A DNA stretch of 64,000 bases from Erysipelotrichaceae bacterium (GTDB taxonomy: Bacteria; Bacillota_I; Bacilli_A; RFN20; CAG-449). The first letter of the stretch is position 1; every line of letters starts with the position of its first letter. Shown here one piece after another: positions 11,330 through 21,291 of the stretch. The notes under the pieces are model-generated. The model was given only the letters and a program-made list of their open reading frames with translations, ran no database searches and was not told where the DNA came from. The DNA is taken from positions 66,165 through 130,164 of the forward strand of contig SVBD01000001.1 of NCBI GenBank assembly GCA_015059045.1. Reading direction: 5' to 3'. Position numbers and translations under genes: made by a program.

Positions 11330-13084
11330 TTACTTTCTTAATAATTTATTTTTGATTTCATCAAGAATTAAGTTAATGAATTCCTCTTTTGATACATTAA
11401 TTTGTTCTTGGTGAGAGAAGATACGATATGTGACTGATTTATTTTCTACTTCTTTATCACCAATTACTAGAGTATAAGGGGTTTTCTTGATTTGAGATAA
11501 TCTTAATCTGTAGCCAAGTTTTTCAGATGAGTCATCAAGTTCGCATCTAATACCAAGAGCTTCTAATTCTTTTTTAACACTTCTTGCATATTCATTATGA
11601 ACTTCGGCAACAGGAAGAATATTTACTTGAACTGGAGATAACCATGTTGGGAATGCTCCTGCAAAGTGTTCAATTAAGATACCAATAAATCTTTCAATTG
11701 ATCCAAATATTACACGGTGTAACATAACAGGACGAACCTTATTACCGTGATTATCAACATATGTTAAATCAAATCTTTCAGGCAAGTTCATATCTAATTG
11801 AATAGTACCACATTGCCAAACTCTTCCTAATGAATCTTTTACGTGGAAGTCAAGTTTTGGACCATAGAAAGCTCCATCACCAGGATTGATTTTATAATCT
11901 TTTCCTGCAGCTTTACAAGCATCTGCAAGAGCTTGTTCGCTACGATTCCATACTTCAATATCACCAATGAATTTTTCTTCAGGACGAGTTGATAATTCAA
12001 TATCATAAGGTAATCCTAAAGCAGAGTATACACGATCGATAAATGCAATTAATCTAACAACTTCGCTTTCAATTTGATCAATTGTCATAAAAATATGAGC
12101 GTCATCTTGAGTAAATGTTCTAACTCTGAATAATCCATTTAGAGCACCACTTGCTTCATGACGATGTACTAGACCAAGTTCACCAACTCTTAAAGGTAAA
12201 TCTTTATATGAGTGTAAACTATTTTTAAATACTAACATTCCACCTGGACAGTTCATTGGTTTAATTGCAAATTCTTTATCGTCAACTAAAGAAACATACA
12301 TATTTTCTTTGTAGTTTTGCCAGTGTCCCGAAGTTTCCCAAAGTTCTTTACTCATCATTACAGGTGTTTTAACAAATAAGTAACCTTCTTTTGTGTGTTC
12401 TTCATACCAATAATTTTCAAGAACATTTCTTAAAATCATACCTTTTGGTAAGAAGAATGGCATACCTGGAGCGTATTCACTCATCATGAATAAGTCTAAT
12501 TCACGACCTAATTTTTTATGATCTCTTTTCTTTGCTTCTTCTAGTAGAGCAAGGTGTTGATCTAAATCTTCTTGAGAATAGAAACAAATTCCATAAACTC
12601 TTTGTAACATTTTTTTAGAAGCATCACCTTTATAATAAGCACCACTTGCTTTTAATAATTTAAAGAATTTAATTTCTTTACATGATTCTACGTGAGGACC
12701 TCGACATAAATCTGTATAATCTCCTTGTCTATATGCAGTAATAACAGCATCTTCTGGTAGATTTTCGATTAAATCTAATTTGTATTCATCATCTTTAAAC
12801 ATTTCTAAAGCTTCTTGTTTAGAAATTTCAATTCTAGTAATTCTTTTTCCATCTTTAGAAAGTTTTTTCATTTCCTTTTCAATTTTAGGGAAATCTTCTT
12901 CCTTAATAACATCATTACCTAAATCGATATCGTAGTAGAAACCTTCTTCAATTACTGGTCCAACCCAAAATTTAGCATGAGGGTAAAGATGTTTAATTGC
13001 TTGCGCCATTAAGTGAGCACAGCTGTGATTAAGAGTATTTAATTCTAAATTTTCTTTAATATTGATCATAATAACCTCCAACAA
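11330..13084 (-). CDS. thrS: Threonyl-tRNA synthetase lacking the N-terminal TGS domain
   Basis: Starts at the editing domain (HSCAHLMAQAIKHLYPHAKFWVGPVIEEGFYYD), then class II catalytic and anticodon-binding domains. 584 aa, versus about 640 with TGS. Confidence 0.92.
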   Translation of the reverse strand: MLEVIMINIKENLELNTLNHSCAHLMAQAIKHLYPHAKFWVGPVIEEGFYYDIDLGNDVIKEEDFPKIEKEMKKLSKDGKRITRIEISKQEALEMFKDDEYKLDLIENLPEDAVITAYRQGDYTDLCRGPHVESCKEIKFFKLLKASGAYYKGDASKKMLQRVYGICFYSQEDLDQHLALLEEAKKRDHKKLGRELDLFMMSEYAPGMPFFLPKGMILRNVLENYWYEEHTKEGYLFVKTPVMMSKELWETSGHWQNYKENMYVSLVDDKEFAIKPMNCPGGMLVFKNSLHSYKDLPLRVGELGLVHRHEASGALNGLFRVRTFTQDDAHIFMTIDQIESEVVRLIAFIDRVYSALGLPYDIELSTRPEEKFIGDIEVWNRSEQALADACKAAGKDYKINPGDGAFYGPKLDFHVKDSLGRVWQCGTIQLDMNLPERFDLTYVDNHGNKVRPVMLHRVIFGSIERFIGILIEHFAGAFPTWLSPVQVNILPVAEVHNEYARSVKKELEALGIRCELDDSSEKLGYRLRLSQIKKTPYTLVIGDKEVENKSVTYRIFSHQEQINVSKEEFINLILDEIKNKLLRK

Positions 13085-13340
13085 TATAAAAAGCGCCCAT
13101 ATAAATAAGGACGCTTGGATAAACGCGGTACCACCTTAATTCGTATATGAAACATATACGCTCTTAATTGTTATTCTTAACGGGAATAAACGTCTAGTTA
13201 CCTAGAAAGCTCCAAAGTGGTATTGTAAGAGTTGTATATTTCTTTCACCAAATGAAATAATCTCTAATGTTTTCTTACAACATGTCTTTTTCATTGCTTA
13301 TATAAAGTATATAACTTTTGTTTTTTTATTTTCAATAAAA
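13085..13340 (-). promoter_or_regulatory. T-box riboswitch leader of thrS
   Basis: Minus strand reads AGAGA...GGTGA (stem I), then T-box AATTAAGGTGGTACCGCG, then terminator AAGCGTCC...GGGCGCTTTTT, then RBS GGAGG. Candidate specifier ACU. Confidence 0.85.
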
Positions 13341-13344
13341 ATTT

Positions 13345-14205
13345 TTATTTAATGTGAAGTGCAACACTTACAGCACCCATTAAACCAGCATCTTGATCGA
13401 ATTGAGCAAGTACTAAGTTAATTGGTTTAAGAGGGAAACGTTCAATTAATTTGTTTGATCTAACTTTTAAATCTTCAAAGAATAAGTCAGAAGATTTCAT
13501 AACACCACCAGATAAAACGATTTTATCTGTGTTAAATTCCATTTGGATATTTGCTAAGTATAAAGCAACGATTTCTTTCCATTGGTTTAATATGTTTAAT
13601 GCAAGACCATCACCTTTTTTACATAAATCAAAGAATTCACCAGCATGTTCGACTTGAAGATAATTATCTGAGCATAATTTAACTAGGCCATTACCAGAAG
13701 CAATTTTTTCAAATTCTTCGTACCCATTTCTATAGCTAATTAATTGATGACCAATTTCAAAAGCTAAGTCAACCATTTCACCATTATAGATTAAACATCC
13801 GCCAATACCAGAAGAAATAGTGATGAAATATGAATCTTTAACATCTTTTGTAGAACCAAATGTTGCTTCTGCTAAAGCAGTGCAATTAGCGTCATTTTTG
13901 ATTTCGCATTTTAAACCATATTTATCTTCGATAACTTTTTGTAAATCTAAATCTTTAATGCCTAAATTAGCTAGGATTTTAATTTTGTTTCTTTCAACTA
14001 GACCACATGCAGAAATACCTACTTTTTTTACATTGTATTTTTCATATGGTAATGATTCGATTAATCTACAAATTTGTTTTACTAATAAATCAGGATCGTT
14101 TTTTGTTGTTTTTTCGCGATTCACTTCAATAATGTCTAAATTACTTGAAACAATACCAACTCTAAGGTTAGTTGCTCCCATATCAATAGCAATTACGTAT
14201 TCCAT
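13345..14205 (-). CDS. glcK: ROK-family sugar kinase (glucokinase-like)
   Basis: N-terminal IAIDMGATNLRVGIV ATPase motif and ROK-type glycine-rich segments. Co-oriented with pyk-pfkA. Confidence 0.65.
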   Translation of the reverse strand: MEYVIAIDMGATNLRVGIVSSNLDIIEVNREKTTKNDPDLLVKQICRLIESLPYEKYNVKKVGISACGLVERNKIKILANLGIKDLDLQKVIEDKYGLKCEIKNDANCTALAEATFGSTKDVKDSYFITISSGIGGCLIYNGEMVDLAFEIGHQLISYRNGYEEFEKIASGNGLVKLCSDNYLQVEHAGEFFDLCKKGDGLALNILNQWKEIVALYLANIQMEFNTDKIVLSGGVMKSSDLFFEDLKVRSNKLIERFPLKPINLVLAQFDQDAGLMGAVSVALHIK

Positions 14206-15656
14206 TATAGTTCTACCTCCTTGAATTCTCTAACTGTAATGATTTTCATAAAGTTATTTTTATTAGTTCCTGTTGGAGTACCACCAGTTAAAATAATAGG
14301 TGAGCCTTCAGGAAGTTTTAATTCACGAGCTTTTAATAAGGCTAAAACTTCCATTTCTTCAATGAATTGAGGAAGATAAGGAATATAGATAGGGTAAACG
14401 CCCCATGTTAAACAATTTGTTTTACAAATGTTTAAATCATTACTTACTGATAGAATTGGACAGCAAGGTCTTGATTTTGCAATGCGTGAAATTGTTTCTT
14501 CACTTTCAGTTAAGCATACAATCAATTTAGCGCCAATTAATAATGCTGTATTAGCAACAGAGTTACTAATTGCATCATTGTTGTTTTTATTTGATGTTTC
14601 AAATGCTTCTTGAGCTAATTTATCATATGGTAAATATGTTTCCATTTTTGAAGAAATTTTTGCTTGCATTGAAGCTGCTTCAACAGGGTATTCACCAGAT
14701 GCTGATTCTGCAGATAACATTACTGAATCTGTTCCCTCTAATACGGCGTTAGCGACATCGCTAACTTCCGCTCTAGTTGGGTTTGGATTAGTTTTCATTG
14801 AATCTAACATTTGAGTAGCAGTAATAACTGGTTTTCCAGCAAGTCTACATTTATGAATAACTTCCTTTTGAATAACTGGAACTTCTTCAGCAGGTACTTC
14901 AACACCTAAGTCACCACGAGCAATCATAATGCCATCACTTACTTTGATGATATCATCAATTAATCTAACAGCTGTTGGGTTTTCAATTTTAGAAACAATT
15001 TTGATATCTTTTCGATTGTTTTCTAATAAGATTTTTCTAATTTCTAATACATCTTCAGGAGTTCTAACAAATGAAGCTGCAATTAAAGAAATGTTATTTT
15101 TACATCCCCAAATTATATCGTTATAGTCTTTTTCAGAAATATAAGGCAATTGAATATGTGTGTCAGGGCAATTAACACCTCTTTTGTTTTTAATTACATG
15201 GTGATTTAAAGCTCTAGTGATAATTTCACGATTAGCTTCATCTTTTTCTGTAACTAATAATGTCAAATTACCATCATCTAGTTTAATTCTTTGTCCTACT
15301 TCAACATCATCAAATAGATTTTCATATGTAACAGAGAATTTATCCTTGTTACCCAACATTTTTTTCATTGTGATTACTACTTTTTGATCTGTTTCAATTG
15401 AAGCAGCACCATTTTCAAAATCGTGAGTTCTGATTTCTGGTCCTTTTGTATCTAACATGACAGGAATTATAATTCCTTTTTCTTCGAATAATTTATCAGC
15501 AATTTCAATTTTCTTTAAATGTTCAGCATAATCACCATGAGAGAAGTTAATTCTCATGACGTTCATGCCTGCGTTATATAAATCTAAACAAGTTTGAAAA
15601 TTGTCACTAGCAGGACCAATTGTGCAAACGATTTTTGTTTTCTTTGAAATATTCAT
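14205..15656 (-). CDS. pyk: Pyruvate kinase
   Basis: KIVCTIGPAS, MNVMRINFSHG, MIARGDLGVE motifs. 483 aa. Confidence 0.95.
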   Translation of the reverse strand: MNISKKTKIVCTIGPASDNFQTCLDLYNAGMNVMRINFSHGDYAEHLKKIEIADKLFEEKGIIIPVMLDTKGPEIRTHDFENGAASIETDQKVVITMKKMLGNKDKFSVTYENLFDDVEVGQRIKLDDGNLTLLVTEKDEANREIITRALNHHVIKNKRGVNCPDTHIQLPYISEKDYNDIIWGCKNNISLIAASFVRTPEDVLEIRKILLENNRKDIKIVSKIENPTAVRLIDDIIKVSDGIMIARGDLGVEVPAEEVPVIQKEVIHKCRLAGKPVITATQMLDSMKTNPNPTRAEVSDVANAVLEGTDSVMLSAESASGEYPVEAASMQAKISSKMETYLPYDKLAQEAFETSNKNNNDAISNSVANTALLIGAKLIVCLTESEETISRIAKSRPCCPILSVSNDLNICKTNCLTWGVYPIYIPYLPQFIEEMEVLALLKARELKLPEGSPIILTGGTPTGTNKNNFMKIITVREFKEVEL

Positions 15657-15667
15657 AAATTAACTCC

Positions 15668-16627
15668 TTATCTAGTTCTACATAACATGTGTTTAATGAA
15701 TTTGTTTGATTTATTTGTCATTTGTAAAGCTTCTTCAATTGGAGTAGCAACTAATTCGTTTTGAACGATACCAATACAAACACCTGTTTGACCATTCATT
15801 AATGTATCAACGGCAAATACACCCATACTTGATGCTAAATATCTATCTAACGCAACTGGAGTTCCGCCTCTTTGAATTCTTCCTAGAACTTCTGATTTAG
15901 CTTCAATATTACATTCTTTTGTAATTTTATCAGCTAATTCATGAACATTGAGGATTTTTTCAGTAACTAAAACCATGATATGGTGTTTTCCCATTTTTAA
16001 TTGTTTTTTGATTTCTTCAAATAAATCTTCTTCTGTCATTGGGTTTTCTCTAGATATAACAATATCTGAACCAGATGCAAGAGAAGCATATACAGCTAAG
16101 TCTCCACAATATCTACCCATTACTTCGATTACTGAACATCTTTGGTGTGAAGATGATGTATCTCTTAATTTGTCAATACAATCAACAACAGTTTGTAAAG
16201 CAGTAGCAAAACCAATAGTATAATCAGTTGAAGCAACATCATTATCAATTGTGCCAGGGATAGCAACACATTTAATACCTTTTCTTGATAAAGCTAGAGC
16301 ACCTTTATATGTTCCATCGCCACCGATTGTTACTAATGCATCAATTCCATAATTGTTTAAAATTTCAACAGCTTTATCTTGGACTTCACTTTGTGCGAAT
16401 TCTGGTAATCTAGCTGTTCCAAGTTTAGTTCCACCACGATTGATGATATCTGCAGCATATCTACGATCGACTTTTTCAATTCTATTGTCAATAATTCCTT
16501 TATATCCATCATAAATTACATACATTTCTAATCCAGCATTTAAACCTGCTCTAATTACAGATCTAATAGCTGCGTTCATTCCAGGAGCATCTCCTCCTGA
16601 TGTTAATATTCCGATTTTTTTAATCAT
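15668..16627 (-). CDS. pfkA: ATP-dependent 6-phosphofructokinase
   Basis: MIKKIGILTSGGDAPGMNAAIR, TIGGDGTY, GTIDNDV motifs. 319 aa. Confidence 0.95.
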   Translation of the reverse strand: MIKKIGILTSGGDAPGMNAAIRSVIRAGLNAGLEMYVIYDGYKGIIDNRIEKVDRRYAADIINRGGTKLGTARLPEFAQSEVQDKAVEILNNYGIDALVTIGGDGTYKGALALSRKGIKCVAIPGTIDNDVASTDYTIGFATALQTVVDCIDKLRDTSSSHQRCSVIEVMGRYCGDLAVYASLASGSDIVISRENPMTEEDLFEEIKKQLKMGKHHIMVLVTEKILNVHELADKITKECNIEAKSEVLGRIQRGGTPVALDRYLASSMGVFAVDTLMNGQTGVCIGIVQNELVATPIEEALQMTNKSNKFIKHMLCRTR

Positions 16628-16789
16628 TTTAAAATCCTCCGATTTCTAACACATTTATTATAAATAAAATTATTTGTAAAGAAAACAATTTTATAAATAA
16701 AGATTATAAAAATTTCAATTAAAAATAATTCCATATACTTTAATTTTCAGTTAAAATAAATTAGACTATAGAGTAGTGTGGTGAATTAA

Positions 16790-18007
16790 ATGATTTATTT
16801 ATTAAAAGATGATTATTTTGAAGTATATTTGGCTTCAATGATTACAAGTAATGACAAAGATGTAATTTATATGTTATATCAACCTATATTAGGTCATGAT
16901 GCAGTTTCTTTGTATTTTTCTTTATATTCAGAATTTAAAAAACAAGAATCTGTCATGTTTTCAACTCATGAATCATTATCCGAATTAATGAATTTACCAC
17001 TTAATAGAATTCAAGAAGCAAGAAGAACTCTTGAAGGTATTGGTTTATTAAGAACATATTATTTAAAAAAGGATGATCAAGTTAATTATAAATATGTATT
17101 ATTTGCTCCTAAATCACCTAGTGATTTCTTTAACGATGTTTTATTAAAAGGATTATTAGTTAGAAATATAGGGGCTAAAAAAGCTAATCAATTAGCAAAT
17201 ATGTATAAATCAAAAGAACTAGATTTAGAAGGGTATGAAGAAATTTCAGAAAAATTCACTAGTGTATTCCATCCTGATTTAGATTCAAATGCTTTTTCAA
17301 CAAATATTGAAATAGATAAATCTTTTAAAAGAAAAACTATGGATATTACTAAAGAGTTCGATCGTGGATTATTCTTAGATAGTTTAGAAAAGAACTTTAG
17401 AATTAAGTCTAAAGCAATTAAAAAAGTAGAATTAGATGAATTATCTAAACTAGCATTATTATATGGAATCGAAGAAGTTGTATTAAGTGACTATGTTGCT
17501 CAATCTGTTAGACCAAACGGCATTGATTTTGATATGGTTAAAAAACTATGTTTAAGAGATCAAAATTATTCGTTTATTGGGAATAAAGCATTCCAATCAA
17601 AAGATATTTATGGCGGTAAAAGTGATCTAGCAAAAAAGATTGAATTAATGTCTAGTATTTCTGCTTTTGATTTTTTGAAAATTAAACAAAATAATACTTC
17701 TCCTTCTCCAAGTGATTTGAAATTAATTGAAGAATTGTCTTCTGAATTTGGACTAACTTCTCAAGTAATTAATCCACTTGTGGATTATGTTTTAGAAAAC
17801 TATAATAATACTTTACCTAAAAATTTAGTATTAAAAATAGCTGCTTCTTTAGTTAGAAGTAATATTAATTCAACTTTAGATGCAATGAATTATTTGCATA
17901 AAGTTAAAAATAGAAAATCTGCTAAATTAGTAGAAGATAAACCAGTTGAAATTAATAGCGAAGATAATGATTTATCAATATTATTAGATGAAATAGGGGA
18001 TAATTAA
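16790..18007 (+). CDS. dnaB: Replication initiation / membrane attachment protein DnaB (Firmicute DnaD-like family)
   Basis: C-terminal DDBH2-like region (LIEELSSEFGLTSQVINPLVDYVLE). Immediately precedes dnaI as in Bacillus. Confidence 0.7.
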   Translation: MIYLLKDDYFEVYLASMITSNDKDVIYMLYQPILGHDAVSLYFSLYSEFKKQESVMFSTHESLSELMNLPLNRIQEARRTLEGIGLLRTYYLKKDDQVNYKYVLFAPKSPSDFFNDVLLKGLLVRNIGAKKANQLANMYKSKELDLEGYEEISEKFTSVFHPDLDSNAFSTNIEIDKSFKRKTMDITKEFDRGLFLDSLEKNFRIKSKAIKKVELDELSKLALLYGIEEVVLSDYVAQSVRPNGIDFDMVKKLCLRDQNYSFIGNKAFQSKDIYGGKSDLAKKIELMSSISAFDFLKIKQNNTSPSPSDLKLIEELSSEFGLTSQVINPLVDYVLENYNNTLPKNLVLKIAASLVRSNINSTLDAMNYLHKVKNRKSAKLVEDKPVEINSEDNDLSILLDEIGDN

Positions 18008-18008
18008 A

Positions 18009-18920
18009 ATGGAACTTAAAATACCTCATATTGATGAATCAGAGCTTCATAATATTAAAAAAGAAAAATATCGTGAAATTATAAATGATCCAGAAATTCT
18101 TGAAATTATTAAAGAATATAATTTTACTGAGCGTGAAATTTTAGATAATTTGTACTATTTTTCCCAATATTTCAATCAAAGAAAATTATGTAGAAATTGT
18201 AAAGGGATTGAACATTGTAATAAAAATGGAGATCATTTAATTTTTAAATTGAAAATTGATAATAATAAGAAAGTTACATTAGGTCTTACTAAATGTGATT
18301 ACCAATATGAAGTTGATAAAATCAAAAGTAAATTTACTAAAATGCAATTTGAAGAAAAATATTTATACAAAAAACTTAAAAATTGCTTAGATTATTTTGC
18401 TCATGAAAGACAAGGTTTAATAAAAAAATTACTAGAATTTAAAAATAACCCTAATGCAAAAAGTGTTTATACATATGGTTCTAGCGAAAATGGAAAATCA
18501 TATATTTTAACTGTTTTTTCGGTCTTTTTAGCAAAATTAGAGACAACTAAAGAAATTTCTTTCATTTCCGCACCTGATGAATTTAAGTCTTTAGAAGAAT
18601 TATATGCTACTGATATTAATTATTTTGATTATTTAATTGAAGAAATGCAAAATGTTCAATACCTTTTTATTGATGATTTAGGAAAAGAAAATTTTAAAAC
18701 TAAATTTTCAGTAGAAAAGATTTTATTACCTATTATTACTTATCGTAACGAAAAAGGATTGCCAACTTTCATTACATCAAAATATAGCCCAACAGATTTG
18801 GTTTCTGTATATGGATATGGGAAAGAAACAAAATCTTTTATTCAAGAAGTTGCCAAAACGATAAAAAATAATTATTCTTGTATTTTACTAGAGGGTCTTA
18901 ACTTTTCAATTTTGAAATAA
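18009..18920 (+). CDS. dnaI: Primosomal helicase loader DnaI
   Basis: N-terminal zinc-binding Cys cluster (CRNCKGIEHC). AAA+ Walker A GSSENGKS and Walker B FIDDLGKE. Confidence 0.8.
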   Translation: MELKIPHIDESELHNIKKEKYREIINDPEILEIIKEYNFTEREILDNLYYFSQYFNQRKLCRNCKGIEHCNKNGDHLIFKLKIDNNKKVTLGLTKCDYQYEVDKIKSKFTKMQFEEKYLYKKLKNCLDYFAHERQGLIKKLLEFKNNPNAKSVYTYGSSENGKSYILTVFSVFLAKLETTKEISFISAPDEFKSLEELYATDINYFDYLIEEMQNVQYLFIDDLGKENFKTKFSVEKILLPIITYRNEKGLPTFITSKYSPTDLVSVYGYGKETKSFIQEVAKTIKNNYSCILLEGLNFSILK

Positions 18921-18944
18921 AATAATAAATTTAATCATACAATT

Positions 18945-18971
18945 AACCATGGGGGAAGCCATGGTTTTTTT
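18945..18971 (+). terminator. Rho-independent terminator of dnaB-dnaI
   Basis: Perfect palindrome aaccatgg-gggaag-ccatggtt followed by ttttttt. Confidence 0.8.
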
Positions 18972-19161
18972 ATTTGATAAAGAATGTAAAATCACTGATT
19001 TTGATAAAATATTAATAGTTAAAAATGATTTAATTTCTATTAAATTAAAGAAAAAAACATTAACCATTAATGGTGAATTTTTAAAATTAACATATTTTTC
19101 AAAAGAAGAATTAGTAATTAAAGGTGTTATTAATATGGTTAAATTTAAATATGAAAATTAG
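18949..19161 (+). CDS. yqfC: Sporulation protein YqfC-like
   Basis: LKLTYFSKEELVIKGVINMV resembles the YqfC core (FSQEEL...G). Start uncertain because the first ATGs lie inside the dnaI terminator hairpin. Followed by yqfD as in Bacillus. Confidence 0.5.
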   Translation: MGEAMVFLFDKECKITDFDKILIVKNDLISIKLKKKTLTINGEFLKLTYFSKEELVIKGVINMVKFKYEN

Positions 19162-20080
19162 ATCTAAATATATTGTTTCTATTTGCTATTATTCTAAAGA
19201 AGAACTACTAAATTTTATTTCGAAAAATTCTATTGAGATATTTTTGTTTAATGCAGTGGATGATTATCATTTTGAATTTGAAATTAGCAAGAAAGACTAT
19301 AAAAAGTTATCCAATCATTTTAGTGATCTTAAAATTGAAAAAATATATGGGTTTGAATCTATTATTAACTCAATTTTAAAAAATAAAATTACTGCAATTT
19401 CAATGGTTATTTCACTATTGTTTTATATGTTTTTGAATACAAGAATCTATTCCATTAATATTCAAGGGACTAATGATTTTATTAATAATTATATAGAATC
19501 TAGATTTGATGAATTTTCATTAAAAAAGTATCAAAAAATGCCAAATATCAATGAAATTAAAAAAATAGAAGAAATATTAAAAATGGATTTATGCGATAAG
19601 GTTGATTTAATTTCTATTACTAGTAAAGGTACATATATATTTGTTAATTATGTGAAAAAAGGAGATGAAATTATTTTAGAACAAAAGCATGGGAAGATGT
19701 ATGCAAAAAAAGATGGAGTAATAAAATCTATAAATATTGAAAGTGGCAAAGTAATGATAGATGTTAACGATTATGTAAAAAAAGGTGATTTACTTGTTGA
19801 TGATACACTTTATTATAAAGATAAACCAATTGTGGTTGGAACATTAGGAAGAGTAATGGCATATACATATGGCAGAATTAATGTATCTTGTATTTCTACT
19901 AATATGGAAAAAGCGGAAATATATCAATTACTTTTATCTAAAGCTAGATATGAAATAAGCAAATCTTTTGATATATATTCTTATATTGAAAAAGAAATTG
20001 TATTATCTTATGTAAACCAAAATAATATAGCTACAATGGATATACATTATACCTTGGTAGAAAATATAATAAAATTTTAG
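19151..20080 (+). CDS. yqfD: Sporulation protein YqfD-like (stage IV)
   Basis: N-terminal MKIRSKYIVSICYY...EIFLFNAV, a single TM (ITAISMVISLLFYMF), then IYSINIQG, paralleling B. subtilis YqfD (VWKIDVTG). ATG at 19151 preferred over the GTG at 19124. Confidence 0.65.
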   Translation: MKIRSKYIVSICYYSKEELLNFISKNSIEIFLFNAVDDYHFEFEISKKDYKKLSNHFSDLKIEKIYGFESIINSILKNKITAISMVISLLFYMFLNTRIYSINIQGTNDFINNYIESRFDEFSLKKYQKMPNINEIKKIEEILKMDLCDKVDLISITSKGTYIFVNYVKKGDEIILEQKHGKMYAKKDGVIKSINIESGKVMIDVNDYVKKGDLLVDDTLYYKDKPIVVGTLGRVMAYTYGRINVSCISTNMEKAEIYQLLLSKARYEISKSFDIYSYIEKEIVLSYVNQNNIATMDIHYTLVENIIKF

Positions 20081-20127
20081 TATTTTTATGATTTTCCCCG
20101 TAATTAATATATAGGGGGAAATTAAAA

Positions 20128-21282
20128 ATGAAATATTTTATTTATCAAACAGAAAATAATGGATGCGGTTTAGCATGCGCTAAAATGCTTTTAGGATACT
20201 ATCATAGAAACAAAAGATATTTATTTGATGAACATGAAAAAATATCGTCGTTGTTAGATATTAAAAGGTATCTAGAAAAAAGAGGATTAAAAACAACAGG
20301 TGTTAAAGTAGAAAGAAAATATTTTAATAAAGACTTTAACAATTCTATCGCCCATATTATTGAAGGCGAAAATAAACATTTTGTCGTTCTTAAAAAAATA
20401 GGCAAAAAATGTATAAAGATTTATGATCCAAAAAGAGGATTAAGAATTATTAAAAAAGAGAGTTTTTTTAATATTTTTGATGGAATATTACTAATTGTAG
20501 AAGATGTTTGCAAACACACTTGTTCTTTTATAGAAAAGAAGAATATTAGTTATTCAATTGCATATATTTCGTCTTTGGTTATTGATTTTTCAATAGTGTA
20601 TTTTTTCACTTATATCATTAATACAAAGAATCTTTTTTTAGTGCTGTTACTTTCTTTAATTGCTTTATTTAATTTTGCTTTCAAATTGTTAATTGTTTTT
20701 GGATTTAATTCATATTTAGATAAAAAAATAATTGTACCATATATTAACGGTTTAGATTTGAGTCAATTAGAATTGTTTGTAAAATATAAATCTGAATTAT
20801 TACAAAATAAATTCAAAAAAATATCATATCTTCTTATATCTATTTTTGGAATGGTATTATTAACTATTAATTCAATATTTAATTTAGTTATTTTATTTGA
20901 AATCATTACATTTATTATTTTGAAAAAAGGGGTAATTAAAACATATTTATTATTAAAAAAAGAGGACGGCTATCGTATCCAAAGAAATTATCTTAGTGAT
21001 AGGAAAAATAATTATGTTTTGTTGAATAAAATTAGTAATAGATATGCATTTATAAGCATTTTTTATTATATTTTAATAATTATTGTCTTATTTATTACAA
21101 TTGTGATAATTGGTAAAATCGATAATAAGTTTAGTCTTTCATATATTCTTTTTAGTGTAATGTCTGCATCGACAATTTATGAATTAATTAACCGTTATTT
21201 ATATTTGATTTCAGATGGGAATGATAATTTAAATTTACTTAAAAATAAAGTTTATGGTATAAAAAATAAAACAAAAAAATGA
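20128..21282 (+). CDS. C39-family cysteine peptidase domain fused to a polytopic membrane domain, with no ABC ATPase domain
   Basis: QTENNGCGLACAKMLLGYYH (Q-x5-CGxxC, catalytic Cys), KHFVVLKK (His) and IYDP (Asp) reproduce the C39 bacteriocin-processing triad. About 250 aa with at least 5-6 hydrophobic helices follow. No Walker A/B anywhere in the ORF or downstream. Confidence 0.65.
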   Translation: MKYFIYQTENNGCGLACAKMLLGYYHRNKRYLFDEHEKISSLLDIKRYLEKRGLKTTGVKVERKYFNKDFNNSIAHIIEGENKHFVVLKKIGKKCIKIYDPKRGLRIIKKESFFNIFDGILLIVEDVCKHTCSFIEKKNISYSIAYISSLVIDFSIVYFFTYIINTKNLFLVLLLSLIALFNFAFKLLIVFGFNSYLDKKIIVPYINGLDLSQLELFVKYKSELLQNKFKKISYLLISIFGMVLLTINSIFNLVILFEIITFIILKKGVIKTYLLLKKEDGYRIQRNYLSDRKNNYVLLNKISNRYAFISIFYYILIIIVLFITIVIIGKIDNKFSLSYILFSVMSASTIYELINRYLYLISDGNDNLNLLKNKVYGIKNKTKK

Positions 21283-21291
21283 GGTAGGTTT

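Noticed and set aside
13451-15126. Plus-strand ORFs antisense to glcK and pyk
   Set aside because: Antisense to conserved glycolytic genes, no translation signals.
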